Shown here piece after piece: positions 13,882 to 24,932 of a stretch of 64,000 bases of DNA. Source of the stretch: Marsupella aquatica (lineage: Eukaryota > Plantae > Marchantiophyta); contig OZ316891.1 of assembly GCA_973895155.1 (NCBI GenBank), positions 8,929,875 through 8,993,874 on the forward strand. The letters are read 5' to 3'. The notes under the pieces are model-generated. The model was not told the DNA's origin, did not search any database, and saw nothing but the letters and a program-made list of their open reading frames with translations. Position numbers and translations under genes: made by a program. Position 1 is the first letter of the stretch. Every line of letters begins with the position of its first letter.

Positions 13882-14969
13882 ATTGTATACACAATGTTTA
13901 GTATCGCAGATTTTATTACATAGTATTTCTTGCATAAGACATGCACAATCCGGTATAGTATATCACAGTTTATCGTATAGTATTAGCCTAAATATAATAC
14001 CTAAACAGAAGTCAAGATTGTGAGGAAAAGTGTTTTGTGTTATTGTTCTCATTTTCTTGCAACTGTCAATCGAATTGATATTGTCTTGTCATCCATTGGA
14101 CCAGATCTGCGCTATGATATTCTTCAAATGCACCAACACGAACATCTTTGTTTGATGTATATATGGATTTGTCATGTTTTGCCTTTTATACATATTTAGT
14201 GTTGGAGAAGCATGTTGTCCCCACTGTGCATCATCAGGTAAGTTGCGCAAACAAAGTTGGTGTTGTTATCTCCGGAAAAAGCTCTGATGCAACACCTCGT
14301 CGTTGAAATAAGTAGGAAGTACTTGCTTGGACATTATTTTGTAGATTCAATATTGGGTATGTGAAGGATGGGTTTGGTTGGGAAGGCATTACAAGTTTGC
14401 ATCAAATGAGTAGTCCTTGTCATCCTGAATTTGAGACTCATCGATTGTAGGAAACATCATCAAATCCATATCATCTTCTCATTCTTCGACATCACTCATT
14501 TCAGTATCTGGTGGAATATGAGCCAACATGTCACCATCATTGTGTAATGACAATCCTTGCAAAGCCTCATCTGCGTCATCAATTGTATAAAAATCCTCCA
14601 CATCATCCTCTCCAAGAACCGCACACCCTGGGCCCTCACTAAGGAAAATGTAATGAGATATACCTGTGACCAAAGCCTTCCCAAGTACCCCTTGTTACAT
14701 TTTGGAGTCTAAACATTTAAATCTATCTTGTTCGTTCTAAATAGAATTTCAGTCATATATAAAATCCTCCTAGGTTATTATAATCTTTGATATTTTAGGA
14801 TTTAAAATACCCTTCATTTGTTATAAAAACAAGGTTTAGAGGATGCATATAAGCGTCTTCTTCATCGTGCCATCCATTTTAGGGCAACCTCCCATTGAAC
14901 GACTTCAAGAGCCCAAAACCCAAGTTACACCCAAATAAAAGAGGGTCGGGGAGGGAGTTCACTACAACA

Positions 14970-15395
14970 CTACCTACACCTTTTGCGAACTTGAAAGCAT
15001 CGCAAACAACAAAGGAAATCAAAAAACAAAACTCGCCTTTGCGAAGTATCGCGCATCGCAATAGAATCGCAAACTGCGAAGCCCAAAGGTTCGCACCCGG
15101 TCTTTCGCAAGACCTTTGCAACGCCTTCGCAACTTGTGACACTAATAGAATCGCAAAGGACTCACATTTAAGCGACTCCGTGGGCGTCGCGAGAGGCTTG
15201 CGATAATAATCAAGCAGTTCAATATTTGCAATCCCAGGAGTTTGGTAATATGTTTGCGATATTAAGTGAATGGTAGTTATGCCATGAAGATCGCTTCGCA
15301 TTTTTGTGAACTTATGTGGTTTGCATAATGTTTGCGATACCTTTAGTATGGTAAATATGCGATTTGGGTTGTTTGCATAGGTTTCGCAAGATGTC
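14970..15395. repeat. CACTA-2 left subterminal repeats (TTGCGAA/TTCGCAA, ATCGCA)
   Basis: Many copies of TTGCGA/TCGCAA in both orientations directly inside the TIR. Confidence 0.8.
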
Positions 15396-15645
15396 TTAAG
15401 GCTAGGGTTTAGATTTAGAGTTTTGAATTATGGTTGGGGTCTTGTTGGCCAACACGGAGAATGAGGTCTGAATCAAAATTGCTTTATAGAAAATTGATAG
15501 GTACACAAAAATTAGGGTTTCCTAAACCCTAAACCCTAGATGGGTGTCATATGACAAGCTAGGTCCCTATAAGACTACCCATGATATCAAAACTATATAC
15601 TACACTAAGTAAATGGGCATCCCATAGGCACTACACCACCAAGCT

Positions 15646-17572
15646 CTAGAATGGGGTCCTCCTACTCCTTGTCGCCGGCCTCTTCCCCTTGTCTCTCTTG
15701 CGACGATCCGGACGTGGCACAGGAGGTGGTGCTGGCTGCTCCTCCACATCTGGTTCCTGCTCGTCCTCGTCCTCATCCTCTTCCTCCCCCTCCTGCTCGG
15801 AAACTCCTCCTACTGGTCCAGATCCACTACTCCCTCCTACCTTGGGCCCCTTTGTCGTGGTCCCCTCATTGTTCTCATCGGTGCTGCTGGTATCACTGGC
15901 ATCCTCATCATCCTGTTTGCACAGCACAACGCCAAATTGGTTTAGGTTTACGGAATGAAAAGATAAGTGGATTGGGTGGGAAAAACTGAAGGGGATACAT
16001 GCACTTACAGTCGCCAACTCTGCGTCAACCAAGTCAAAGAGATGTTTGGCTCCATGCGCAGCTCCTATCTCCATCTCTTTTGCTGTTATCTTCCTGCGGT
16101 ACCTCTTATACTACCACAACCAAACATTCCAAAACCAAAATCAATCGAGGTTAATATGCTATAAACCCAAGAAAAATGCATGGAGGTGCTAATAGGGTGC
16201 CCCCTAGAAGACAAAACTGGGCTCAATAACCCTTAGCAGTATTTTTTAAACATAATACACACTTGCGAAACTCCCCACTTTGCAAATTCAAATAAATTGG
16301 CTGCTTGCAAAGTAGTTTGCGAAGCGGGTTAGTTCGCAATAGCTTCGCATCTACAACTTTAAAAAATGCCATGATAGACTTTGCGAAACATTTGCGAAGC
16401 AACCCGCATCGCAAAAGCTTCGCAAACTCTATTTTTAAAAAATTCCAAGAAATCTCTAAGGCACGCAATGTGTCAGGGTGACCTAAAGTACAAGGCAGGC
16501 CGTAAGAAAGAAACAAGAGGTATGCAAGGGGGCATTCCAGGTTTGGATCGCAATTGAAAGCAAGGAAACAGAAGCAGGGGAGGAGAGGGCCCACTCACAA
16601 AGTGTGCTTTGAGGCCGGGAAGTCCACCTTGGCCCATCTTGTGCGTGGGCTTGGGCCGTTTGCTGACTCGCTCAGCTGCAAGGATGAATTTTTGGGGTGG
16701 TGCCCCCACTTCATCCACAATGTGCTGCATGTGAGACACCTTCTCAACCATTGCCTTGAGGTCTCGGTCGGACTTCCCGGCCTTCTGTGCCTTGGCTTCC
16801 ATCTCCTTCCAAAAGAGAAGGTTCCTGGCAGCTCTCATCTGCACCTCCACTTTGTAAAAGGCATTCCACACATCCTCAGTGAATTGCAGTGGCCTCCTCA
16901 CATTTCTGTACTCCTCCAAGTTTGTCAGGTAGGCCCTTACCTTCTTCCTATCATGGTACCGTGCTTGAGACATTGAATTGGAAATTCTATCTGCAAGCCA
17001 CTGTTCATCAATCTCTGCTCCATTTTGGAATGAATCTTTGATTTGACTCATTACTTTCTTCTGGTCTGCCTTGCTGAGTTTCCCCCACTCAACTCCTTGT
17101 GCAAAATTGGAGCGCACCATAAGCCTGATAGTGCTCTTTGCCCCGGTGTAGGCCAGTTCAGTAAGAATGCCTTCGATCAAGGCAATCATAGGCAGCTTCT
17201 TCTTCTCTTCCTCCTTCTTTCGCTGCTCCTCCCGCTGTGCTCTTACTCATCTCGTTCCTCTCTCCTCCTCTTCTTTTCTAGGGCAGCAGGTGAGACTACT
17301 CCTGCCTTGGCCCTCTCCTCCTTCTTACGCTTCTTCTCTCTTGCCTTCTGTTGAGCTGCACTCCTTTGCTCCTCCTCCCTTGCAATGTTCCCTGCATCTA
17401 CTCCCGTTTGCAAGGCTTGCCCTAGGATTGCACTCAAAGAAGCAATCCCTGCTGGTATAGTCAAATCTAAGTGGCTCAACTGTGCTGCATTGAGGTGCTC
17501 AGCCATCAAATCGGTCCATCGATTCCTCTCCTGCTCCCCATTACCTTCATTCCCATTGCCACTGTCACTCAC
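15646..17572 (-). CDS. CACTA-2 accessory (TnpA-like) gene, divergent from the transposase; one apparent frameshift
   Basis: ORF 17572-17243 joins, after a frameshift near 17245, to VRAQREEQRKKEEEKKKLPMIALIE...RRPLQFTEDVWNAF...KPTHKMGQGGLPGLKAHF. A GTGAGT donor follows near 16596, then further exons ending in an acidic/basic tail at 15646. The P-x5-W and H-x2-G-x-GG motifs resemble Ptta/Transposase_24-type proteins. Confidence 0.6.
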
Positions 17573-18915
17573 CCTGCCCCATCACCTCCATTTGCTCCAC
17601 TGGAATCCATAGCTAAGCCACCCCCCGAGCGCATGCGAGCTCCCTTCTCCCTCCCTACGCTTGAAATTTGTCAAATGCCGCTGACTACGCCACGGCCGAG
17701 TGCAAAAGTACAAGCGGGAAAGACTTTCGAAGCAACCTGTTTTGCAAGTTGCGATCCTTCTAGTTTCACATGTAGTTTCTCAATTTTGCGAAACCATTGC
17801 GACGTGAAAGGCTTCGCAACACCTTCGCTCTCTCGCAGAAATGCTCTTGGGCTCTGTTTTTCTGAAGGTCGTGCGAAAGCAGCAGCTTCGCAAAACTCAA
17901 TTCTAATTTGTGATGGTATTTGCGAAGGAAGCGGCTTCGCAAGACATTGGCAACTCGTCCCGGGGGGAATGTTGGTTTCATTTGAAAGGGTTTTTTTCAA
18001 AGGTGAAGTGGATCCCTCTATACTCATATTTGGAATGCTTTTTGGCCATGTTTTGGGTGTTAGATAATAGTTGAAGGCGGGTTTGAAGGGTTAGGCAGAT
18101 TTCAAGTTAATGGGTTATGTATGGTGTTGGTTTAGGCTAAGGTTTGGGTTTACATTAGTTTAGAAGAAACAATAAAGGTGTGGGATTTGGTTTACAAGAA
18201 ATAAGTAAGGTTTAGGTTTAGGGTTTTAGGGTTTGGGGTTTTTAAATAGAAAGGTCTCTAGGGTTGAAGAAAGGTTTGGGTTTGTGTGTAAGTCAGATTT
18301 AGGTTTAATAGGTAGTATGCGGTTTGGGGTTGAAGGTTTGGATAAGACAAAGCAAGGTTTCATGAGATTTATATTGCAGCCTTTTGGGTTTAAGAGAGGT
18401 TCATTGGGTTTATGAATCAAAAAGGGATTGGCATGGGTTTTGCTAACAAAGGAGGGGAATATATGATAGCTTGCAGGGTGCGGCACTTTTTGATGATTTG
18501 ATACTAATGCATATGCATTGTGAGAGCCCGAGCATCTGAAAGGTAAACATTGCATGATCGGCTCAAGTGTTCCTTTCATGTACTTAACACTTTTGGTTGC
18601 CACTATGTATAAAGGGGACATGTATATAGGGTTTTTTGTTCTTGTCTGGTCCAGATTATTGTGCTTACATATACATGGAATGGTTGCAGCTTTTCCCTCA
18701 TACTTTCAGATTGGGTTCATTAATTATCTTAGAGCCACAAGACCTATTGGCACTGCTGAGCCCGGGTCTCATAATTAAAGGTACCTTTTTTTATTGTTAT
18801 GGTCATTTTGGTTTGGGTTTCTTGTCATCATTATTTGGGAACTTTGATTTATATCATTTTGTGGTATGTTTTGGTCATAACATGCCCATTTTAATTATAT
18901 CTTGTTACAGGGGAT

Positions 18916-20068
18916 ATGTCTTCATCTTCTGAAATCTCCACCACAAACTCATCCTCCTCTGATGAAGATACACCACCTCCACCTCAACATCACACGACCG
19001 CACCTCCTCCACGTGGTCCACCCCGTCAACTTTGTGAATGTTCCAGATGTGTGGGTCAGGTTTCCCAAAAATCTTACATATGTGCCCAACATATTGAGAG
19101 ATATGGGCGTTGTGGACGTCATATGGCAGGGGCTTCTTCATCTCATATGGTAAGTGTTATGCCTTAGTTTTCCTACCCTATTCCCATTACTCAATGGTTG
19201 AAGGTTTTTAATTTCACACCTACTTTTGTTTGTTTTGGTTTCGGTGGAATAGGTATCCAATAGGCCTAGACCTGCGGCACAAGCACCCTATGTCCCATCA
19301 CAAGGTGTTCTAGATGCTATAGGCAATGCATTCTCAAAAGCCTTGGGTCTAGCGGCAAGGCCCACCAGTCCTAGGGAAGTTGGGGCTGAGGCTATTGTCC
19401 CAAGAGGGAGAAAGCGTTCCAAGAGGCGGGCCCGAGGGGATACTGATTTGTACAAGGCAGTGGTTACGGGTAGGTGGGGTGATTGTGAGTTCAGTGGCAG
19501 ATGTGTCCCTATCATCAAGGACTGGGATCCTGAGACTCTTGGTTTGCCACAACAGCTTTCCTACGGTGCGGAGGTAGAGGTTTGGGGTAGACGTTGGGTT
19601 ATCAAACCTTCCACACTTGGGGATAGACATGGCTATGGAGTTTTTGCCTGTGAGGACATCATTGTGGACGCCGAGAGTGGTAGAGGTGGACGCGGCCGAG
19701 AGGGGCCTACTTTGTTTCCTTATGGTGGACCCATCTACAAGAGAAGACATTGGAACATGATCCTTGCACAACACCCTGAGTGGAAGACTTATGCATTGGA
19801 CATGGATACTTTTGATGGAAACACTAGAAGGTATAGTGAGAAGCGTGTCATAGATGGGGACCCCATACGGACTGGGAATATTGTTGGTTTCATAAACAGT
19901 ACCGTGGGGATTCGCCCTAAGCGTAGGCAAAATTGTGAGTGGGTTTTCATTGAGGGTCCTCCGCCAGCACCTTATGGCCAGACATATCATCATGACCATT
20001 GCCTAGTTGTAGCGACGAGGACCATTAACTCGGGGGATGAGTTATTTACTCACTATGAGTGGGATTAG
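18916..20068 (+). CDS. Two-exon gene inside CACTA-2: transposase-associated Zn domain + SET domain (~349 aa), intact
   Basis: Exon 1 18916-19149 (LCECSRC...CAQHIERYG) ends at ATG|GTAAGT. Exon 2 19253-20068 follows a T-rich ...AATAG acceptor; both are phase 0. SET motifs: IKPSTLGDRHGYGVFACEDI, FPYGGPI, TYALD, IDG...GNIVGFINS, NCEW, LVVATRTINSGDELFTHY. Confidence 0.85.
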
Positions 20069-20244
20069 GGTTAAGTTAAGGGTCATAGGTGGTATGTTGC
20101 ATATCAAAGGACACTACATATGGCCTTTGGCCACATTTTGTATTTGCACCACAACCAATATTATTTCATTTTTTCACACCCCTAGCCCATTTTTGTGTGT
20201 GTTCTCTTTGCAATATAACTTTCAATTGTTTGCTTTGTTTTTAG

Positions 20245-23200
20245 AATGTGCGACCCTCTCCAAATATGTTACCATGGAGATTGAGAGCAACATATCGAGA
20301 AATGGGTATGCCAGAAGAAGGACATGGATCAGAGTCGTGCACTCCTCATCAAGTGCTAGTGGAAGCAGTAACCCTGATGAAGAGGTACCTCGGACGGATG
20401 AACAAGTAACTGATGACCAGGATAGAGCCATGGATGACTTCATGGTTGATTGCTTTGGTGCCGACAACCCTGGTGATGACCTTCCCAATGAAGGGCAGGT
20501 GCCCCCCAATGATCCACGCCCAAGACATACCCCTGAGGGACAACACCAATGGGAAGAAGCAGAGGAACATGCGCGAACACCTATCTATGAGGGTGCTCGT
20601 TTGAGTCGTCTTTCAGCCATCTTGGGGTTGATGAACCTACAGGCCAAACACAAGGCAAGCAATGCCTTGTTATCTGATATGTTTGCACTTTGCCATGACC
20701 TTATGTTACCCACTGAGAATGTGTTGCCAGCAACTTGGAAGGAGGCAAAGAGTGTTCTCTCATCTATTGGCATGGAATATCATATTGTTCATGCATGTGT
20801 GAATGATTGCATGTTATTTCATGGGGCCAATGCAAACATGACACAATGTACAACATGTGATGAGCCTCGCTATGACCCCAACATGCTAACAAAGAAGGTG
20901 CCAAGGAAGGCTGTTCGTTGGTTTCCCATCATTCCTCGGTTGTTGCACATGTATCGGTGTTCTGACTTGGCAGAGTTGATGGTATGGCATAAGACTCATT
21001 GATCAGAGTCTGGTGTCATGCGGTTGCCAGTTGACTCCCCTGCTCACAAACATATTGAGGCAACATGGCCAGACTTTGCACATGATCCTCGCCATGTGAG
21101 GTTAGGATTGGCATCTGATGGAGTTAGCCCTCATTCACTTGGAGGAAAGGGGCAACCTACATCAGTTTGGCCTGTGGTTGTCATGAATTATAACCTCCCA
21201 CCATGGCTATCCATGAAGAAGGGGTTCCTTTTATTGTCTTTGATTATCCCAGGTCCAAAAAAGGTGAAGAACTTTGACACTTACTTGGCACTATTGGTTG
21301 GAGAACTTCAAAAATTATGGAATGGAGTGTGGGCATATGATGGCAGGAAAATTACAGGAGGTTTTCCACGTGTCTTTCAATTGAGAGGGATCATTTGCTG
21401 GACAATGCATGACTATCCTGGTAAGATGACTTCCATGCCATTTGCAACCCTTCAATAATGTGTAGTTCCTATTGTTGTTTCTCATGTGACAACCCTAACA
21501 TAAAGTTTGCATGGTTTGATTTCTTCTATGTAAGCAGGGTTTGGTTTTGTCTCTGGATTGCAAACTCAGGGGTACAAAGCTTGCTCTACTTGTGGCCCAA
21601 GCTTAGAGGACATGGCCACATATTGTTCATGGATTAGAAAGATTGTTTATATTGGGCATACAAAGTTTCTTCCCATGGGGCATGAGATGAGGTTTGACCC
21701 ACTTCTATTCTCCTCCTTTGACATGCCATTTGGTGATGAGCGTGAAATTCCTGATGCAACAAGTTTTGCACATTGGAAGTCACTAGCTGATAGGGTGGCA
21801 GACCCAAATGATTCCTTCACCTTTGATAGGACAGGTTTGACCAGGTGGAGTATACTAGCCACTTTGCCCTATTGGTTTGAGTTGAAGATCCGCCATCTTT
21901 TAGACCCCATGCACATAGAGGGAAATGGGGGGAAGGCTTTGATAAAGCATTTTTATGGGGAGAAGGACACTAATTTTAGGGAGGCATGCGAGGAGATGGA
22001 AATGCATCCAGATGGAAATGCATCCAGATGTTTGGGTGACAACTGATCCTATCATAGGTGTGGAGAATCGTCCTTCTGCTCCTTGGGTGTTGAGTGTTGG
22101 CCAAAGACGTCAATTTTGGAACCGTATAGGAGAGATGCGGTTTCCTACAGGCTATGGTGCCAACCTTCGAAAAGCTTTTGGGATGGAGGACAATCACAAG
22201 TGGCCACGATATCTGAAGACACATGACTATTATCGCCTATTGCAGCATATATTGTCAGTGGCAATTATAGGTATAGGGAGTGAAGAAGTGCAAGATGCCA
22301 TCTGGTCATTGGGTCGTTTTTTGAGATGGATATGCTCAAAGGAGATATATGTAGAAGAGATCCCTAGGATGGAGGTATTGGCAGCTGAGGTGGTATGCAA
22401 GTTGGAGAAAGCCCTTCCTCCTTCCTTCTTTGATTGTCAGGTTCATTTACTTGTGCATCTTGTGCGGGAGGTTGCCATTGCAGGTCCAGTGCATTGTAGA
22501 TGGATGTATTGGCTTGAGCGTTACATGGCGGTGTTGAAGGCTTATGTACGTAACCGTGCACGGGTGGAGGGAAGCATAGCTACAGGATACTTGGCAGCAG
22601 AGAGTATGTTTTATTGTAGTAACATCTTGGCCACCATTGATCCTACTTGTCCACGTACTTGGATGGAGGAAAGAGAAGAGGAGGAGGACCGTTTAACAGG
22701 TGCCACAAAAACACGCATGTTGACATCAACAGAGTGGTCACAGTTGACAACATTTATGTTGAGTAATAGTAATATCATGGAGAAATGGAGAGAGTTTTAT
22801 GAGAATGCCAAGAGAACAAGTCAAAGAGCAAGAATTTTTCCTAAGATGCATGAGTATATGAAGCAAAAGTTGCTTGAGTTGGATGACATGGTGACACAAG
22901 GAGGAGATGTGTCCCACTTTCCTACCATCACAGATGACATTCGGACCATTGTTCATGGCCCTTTGAGAGTGGTGACATCCAAGACGGCTATGTGGACACA
23001 AGGGAGACACTTCAGGTCCACTAGTACCTAACCTTTCTTCCTCTATTAATTCATGTAGACCTTATTTTGATTAGTTATTTCTATTGTTTAAAAACTTTCT
23101 ATTATCATTAATGACATCCATAACTGTAATGTTGGCTTCTATATTTATGCCATAGGCCATGTGGGTTTTGGCTATTTAGGGATGGGTGTCATATTTTGAT

Positions 23201-23750
23201 GATTATTACATTAATGGTATCTTTTGTGTAATAAAAATTTATGGGTTTTGTTAATTTCAGGGTTTCTTCCCTTGATGAGAAGAGGGGTCGTACTTTTGAT
23301 TGTGGAGTTCAAGGGGAATTTTCTCAAGACTCCAGAAGCAGCCGCCATGACAGGAACATTGTTAGAGATGTTGTGCCACACTATGGGAAGATAGAGGAGA
23401 TCTTGGTGGTATCATATGACAACCATTCAAAGTTTGAGGAATATGTCTTCAAGTGCAAGTGGTTCAAAGTGAACCTTGTTGGTCAAAATTGCACTGTACT
23501 TCAAGATGAGAGTGGGTTTACACGGTTGAAGACAAGTGCCACTAGTGTTCAAGCATCTCATTGGCAAACGTCAGAACCATTTGCTTTCCCATCACACTTG
23601 GAGCAATGTTTCTACATTCCATACCCCTTAGACACCGAGTGGTCAATTGTCATCACCTATGTGCCACGTTCTCGTTCCATTGTTTTTGAGAAGCCAGATG
23701 TTATTGTATCAGACCTAGATGACCTTGAGGCCGATGAGGACCAAGTGTAA
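20245..23750 (+). pseudogene. CACTA-2 TnpD-like transposase (Transposase_21, DUF4218, DUF4216), lightly disrupted
   Basis: Motifs HACVNDCMLF, RWFPIIPRL, RHVRLGLASDGVSP, YNLPPW, WTMHDYPG, LPYW, RHLLDPMHIEGN, LPPSFFDCQVHLLVHL, RWMYWLERYM, FKCKWF, EPFAFPSHLEQCFY. Introns 21421-~21537 and 23016-23260. Stop TGA at 21000-21002; a 16-bp tandem duplication at 21995-22026 causes a frameshift. Confidence 0.95.
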
Positions 23751-24204
23751 AACATATTTATATGCACTTGGGTCCAGCCTAGACATTTGTTCATGTTATA
23801 TTTGATTTGTTCATATTTGGTGATATAAAAAAAGTATTGTCTATATTTATATTTGCCATTCACTTTTGAATGAGTCATACTCATGACATATGTATTGTAT
23901 TGTTTTATTGTGATCACTTGTGAATTTTACATGCAACTTTCTATCTAACCTCTGTTGCTCAATATAACTTTATTTCCTACTTATTCCATAATTTTCATTC
24001 TCACCCTCGTGTTTCCCTCCTCCGTGGTACGTTTGTCCCTCCTCCTCCCTTCCTCTTTCTCCTCCCTCCTTCCTCTTCCATTGTACTCCCTCCCTTTTCC
24101 ATCCTTCATTGTACCTCCCTCCATCCTCCCTTCCTCTTCCCTCCTGCCCCATCCATATATTGGACCATCCACCCTCTTCATTGTCTCACCTCACAATAAT
24201 CTTA

Positions 24205-24696
24205 ATTTTAGTTTGCGAACAATTTGCGAAGCTCCCAAACTCTCACCGGACTCGCAATTTCTATGAAGCTTCTCGTTTCTCAATATTTCCATACTATACT
24301 CTTCGCAAACTTGTGATGCAAATCAATCAAAAATTTCATATTCTCACCGTTTCGCAAATCTTCCATCCTCCGACATTCTTAAACTTGTCAAACAACTACT
24401 ATCGCAAAACATTTTCAATCCAACCTTCTTCGCAAATATTTACATGAGTTAGTTTTGGAGTCGGCGAGCAATTTTCCCGTCTTCAGAAGGCGCCTTTCCA
24501 TTCGGCGCGTTTCGGTAAATCTTGCAAAACCACTTACTTCGCAACGTATTAGCGATATAATGCGCTTCAAGTATTATATTTGCGATAGGGATAGAATCAC
24601 AAATTGCGATGCGGGTTGATTCGCAAATTATGCAAAGCGCCGCCCATCGGAAATACAAGAGCGTCGACAAAAATACCTTCGCAAAAGTGTCAAATA
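24205..24696. repeat. CACTA-2 right subterminal repeats (TTCGCAA/TTGCGAA)
   Basis: Dense TTCGCAAA/TTTGCGAA copies (e.g. 24212, 24301, 24351, 24429, 24678), preceded by a C/T-rich tract at 24000-24180. Confidence 0.8.
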
Positions 24697-24932
24697 TGTT
24701 GTAGTGGTTTAGGGTTTAGGCTTCTCGTGTGAGAACCGATAACTACGAGAGACTTATCTTGTCACATACCCTAAACCAATGATACTACGATAAGTGGACC
24801 AATCAAAAGTTGACATCTATCATAGAGTATTTACATACCCCACCAGCTAATGTAATGGCAACCAAATTTACAATAGTATGAATCCATTCCTTCTAACTAG
24901 ACTATGCATATATGGTGCCCTAGTAATTCATT

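Larger units (their letters stand above)
14960..24706 (+). mobile_element. Complete CACTA (En/Spm) DNA transposon 2, 9747 bp
   Basis: Left TIR CACTACAACA (14960-14969) and right TIR TGTTGTAGTG (24697-24706), with extended imperfect similarity (ACAC(C)TTTTGCGAA). Perfect 3-bp TSD GTT (14957-14959 and 24707-24709). TTCGCAA/TTGCGAA subterminal arrays at both ends; TnpD inside. Confidence 0.96.

Noticed and set aside
14200-14700. Acidic minus-strand ORF fragments between the two CACTAs
   Set aside because: Possibly a decayed gene, but no recognisable family.
23955-24266. ORFs over the C/T-rich tract in CACTA-2
   Set aside because: Low-complexity artefacts.
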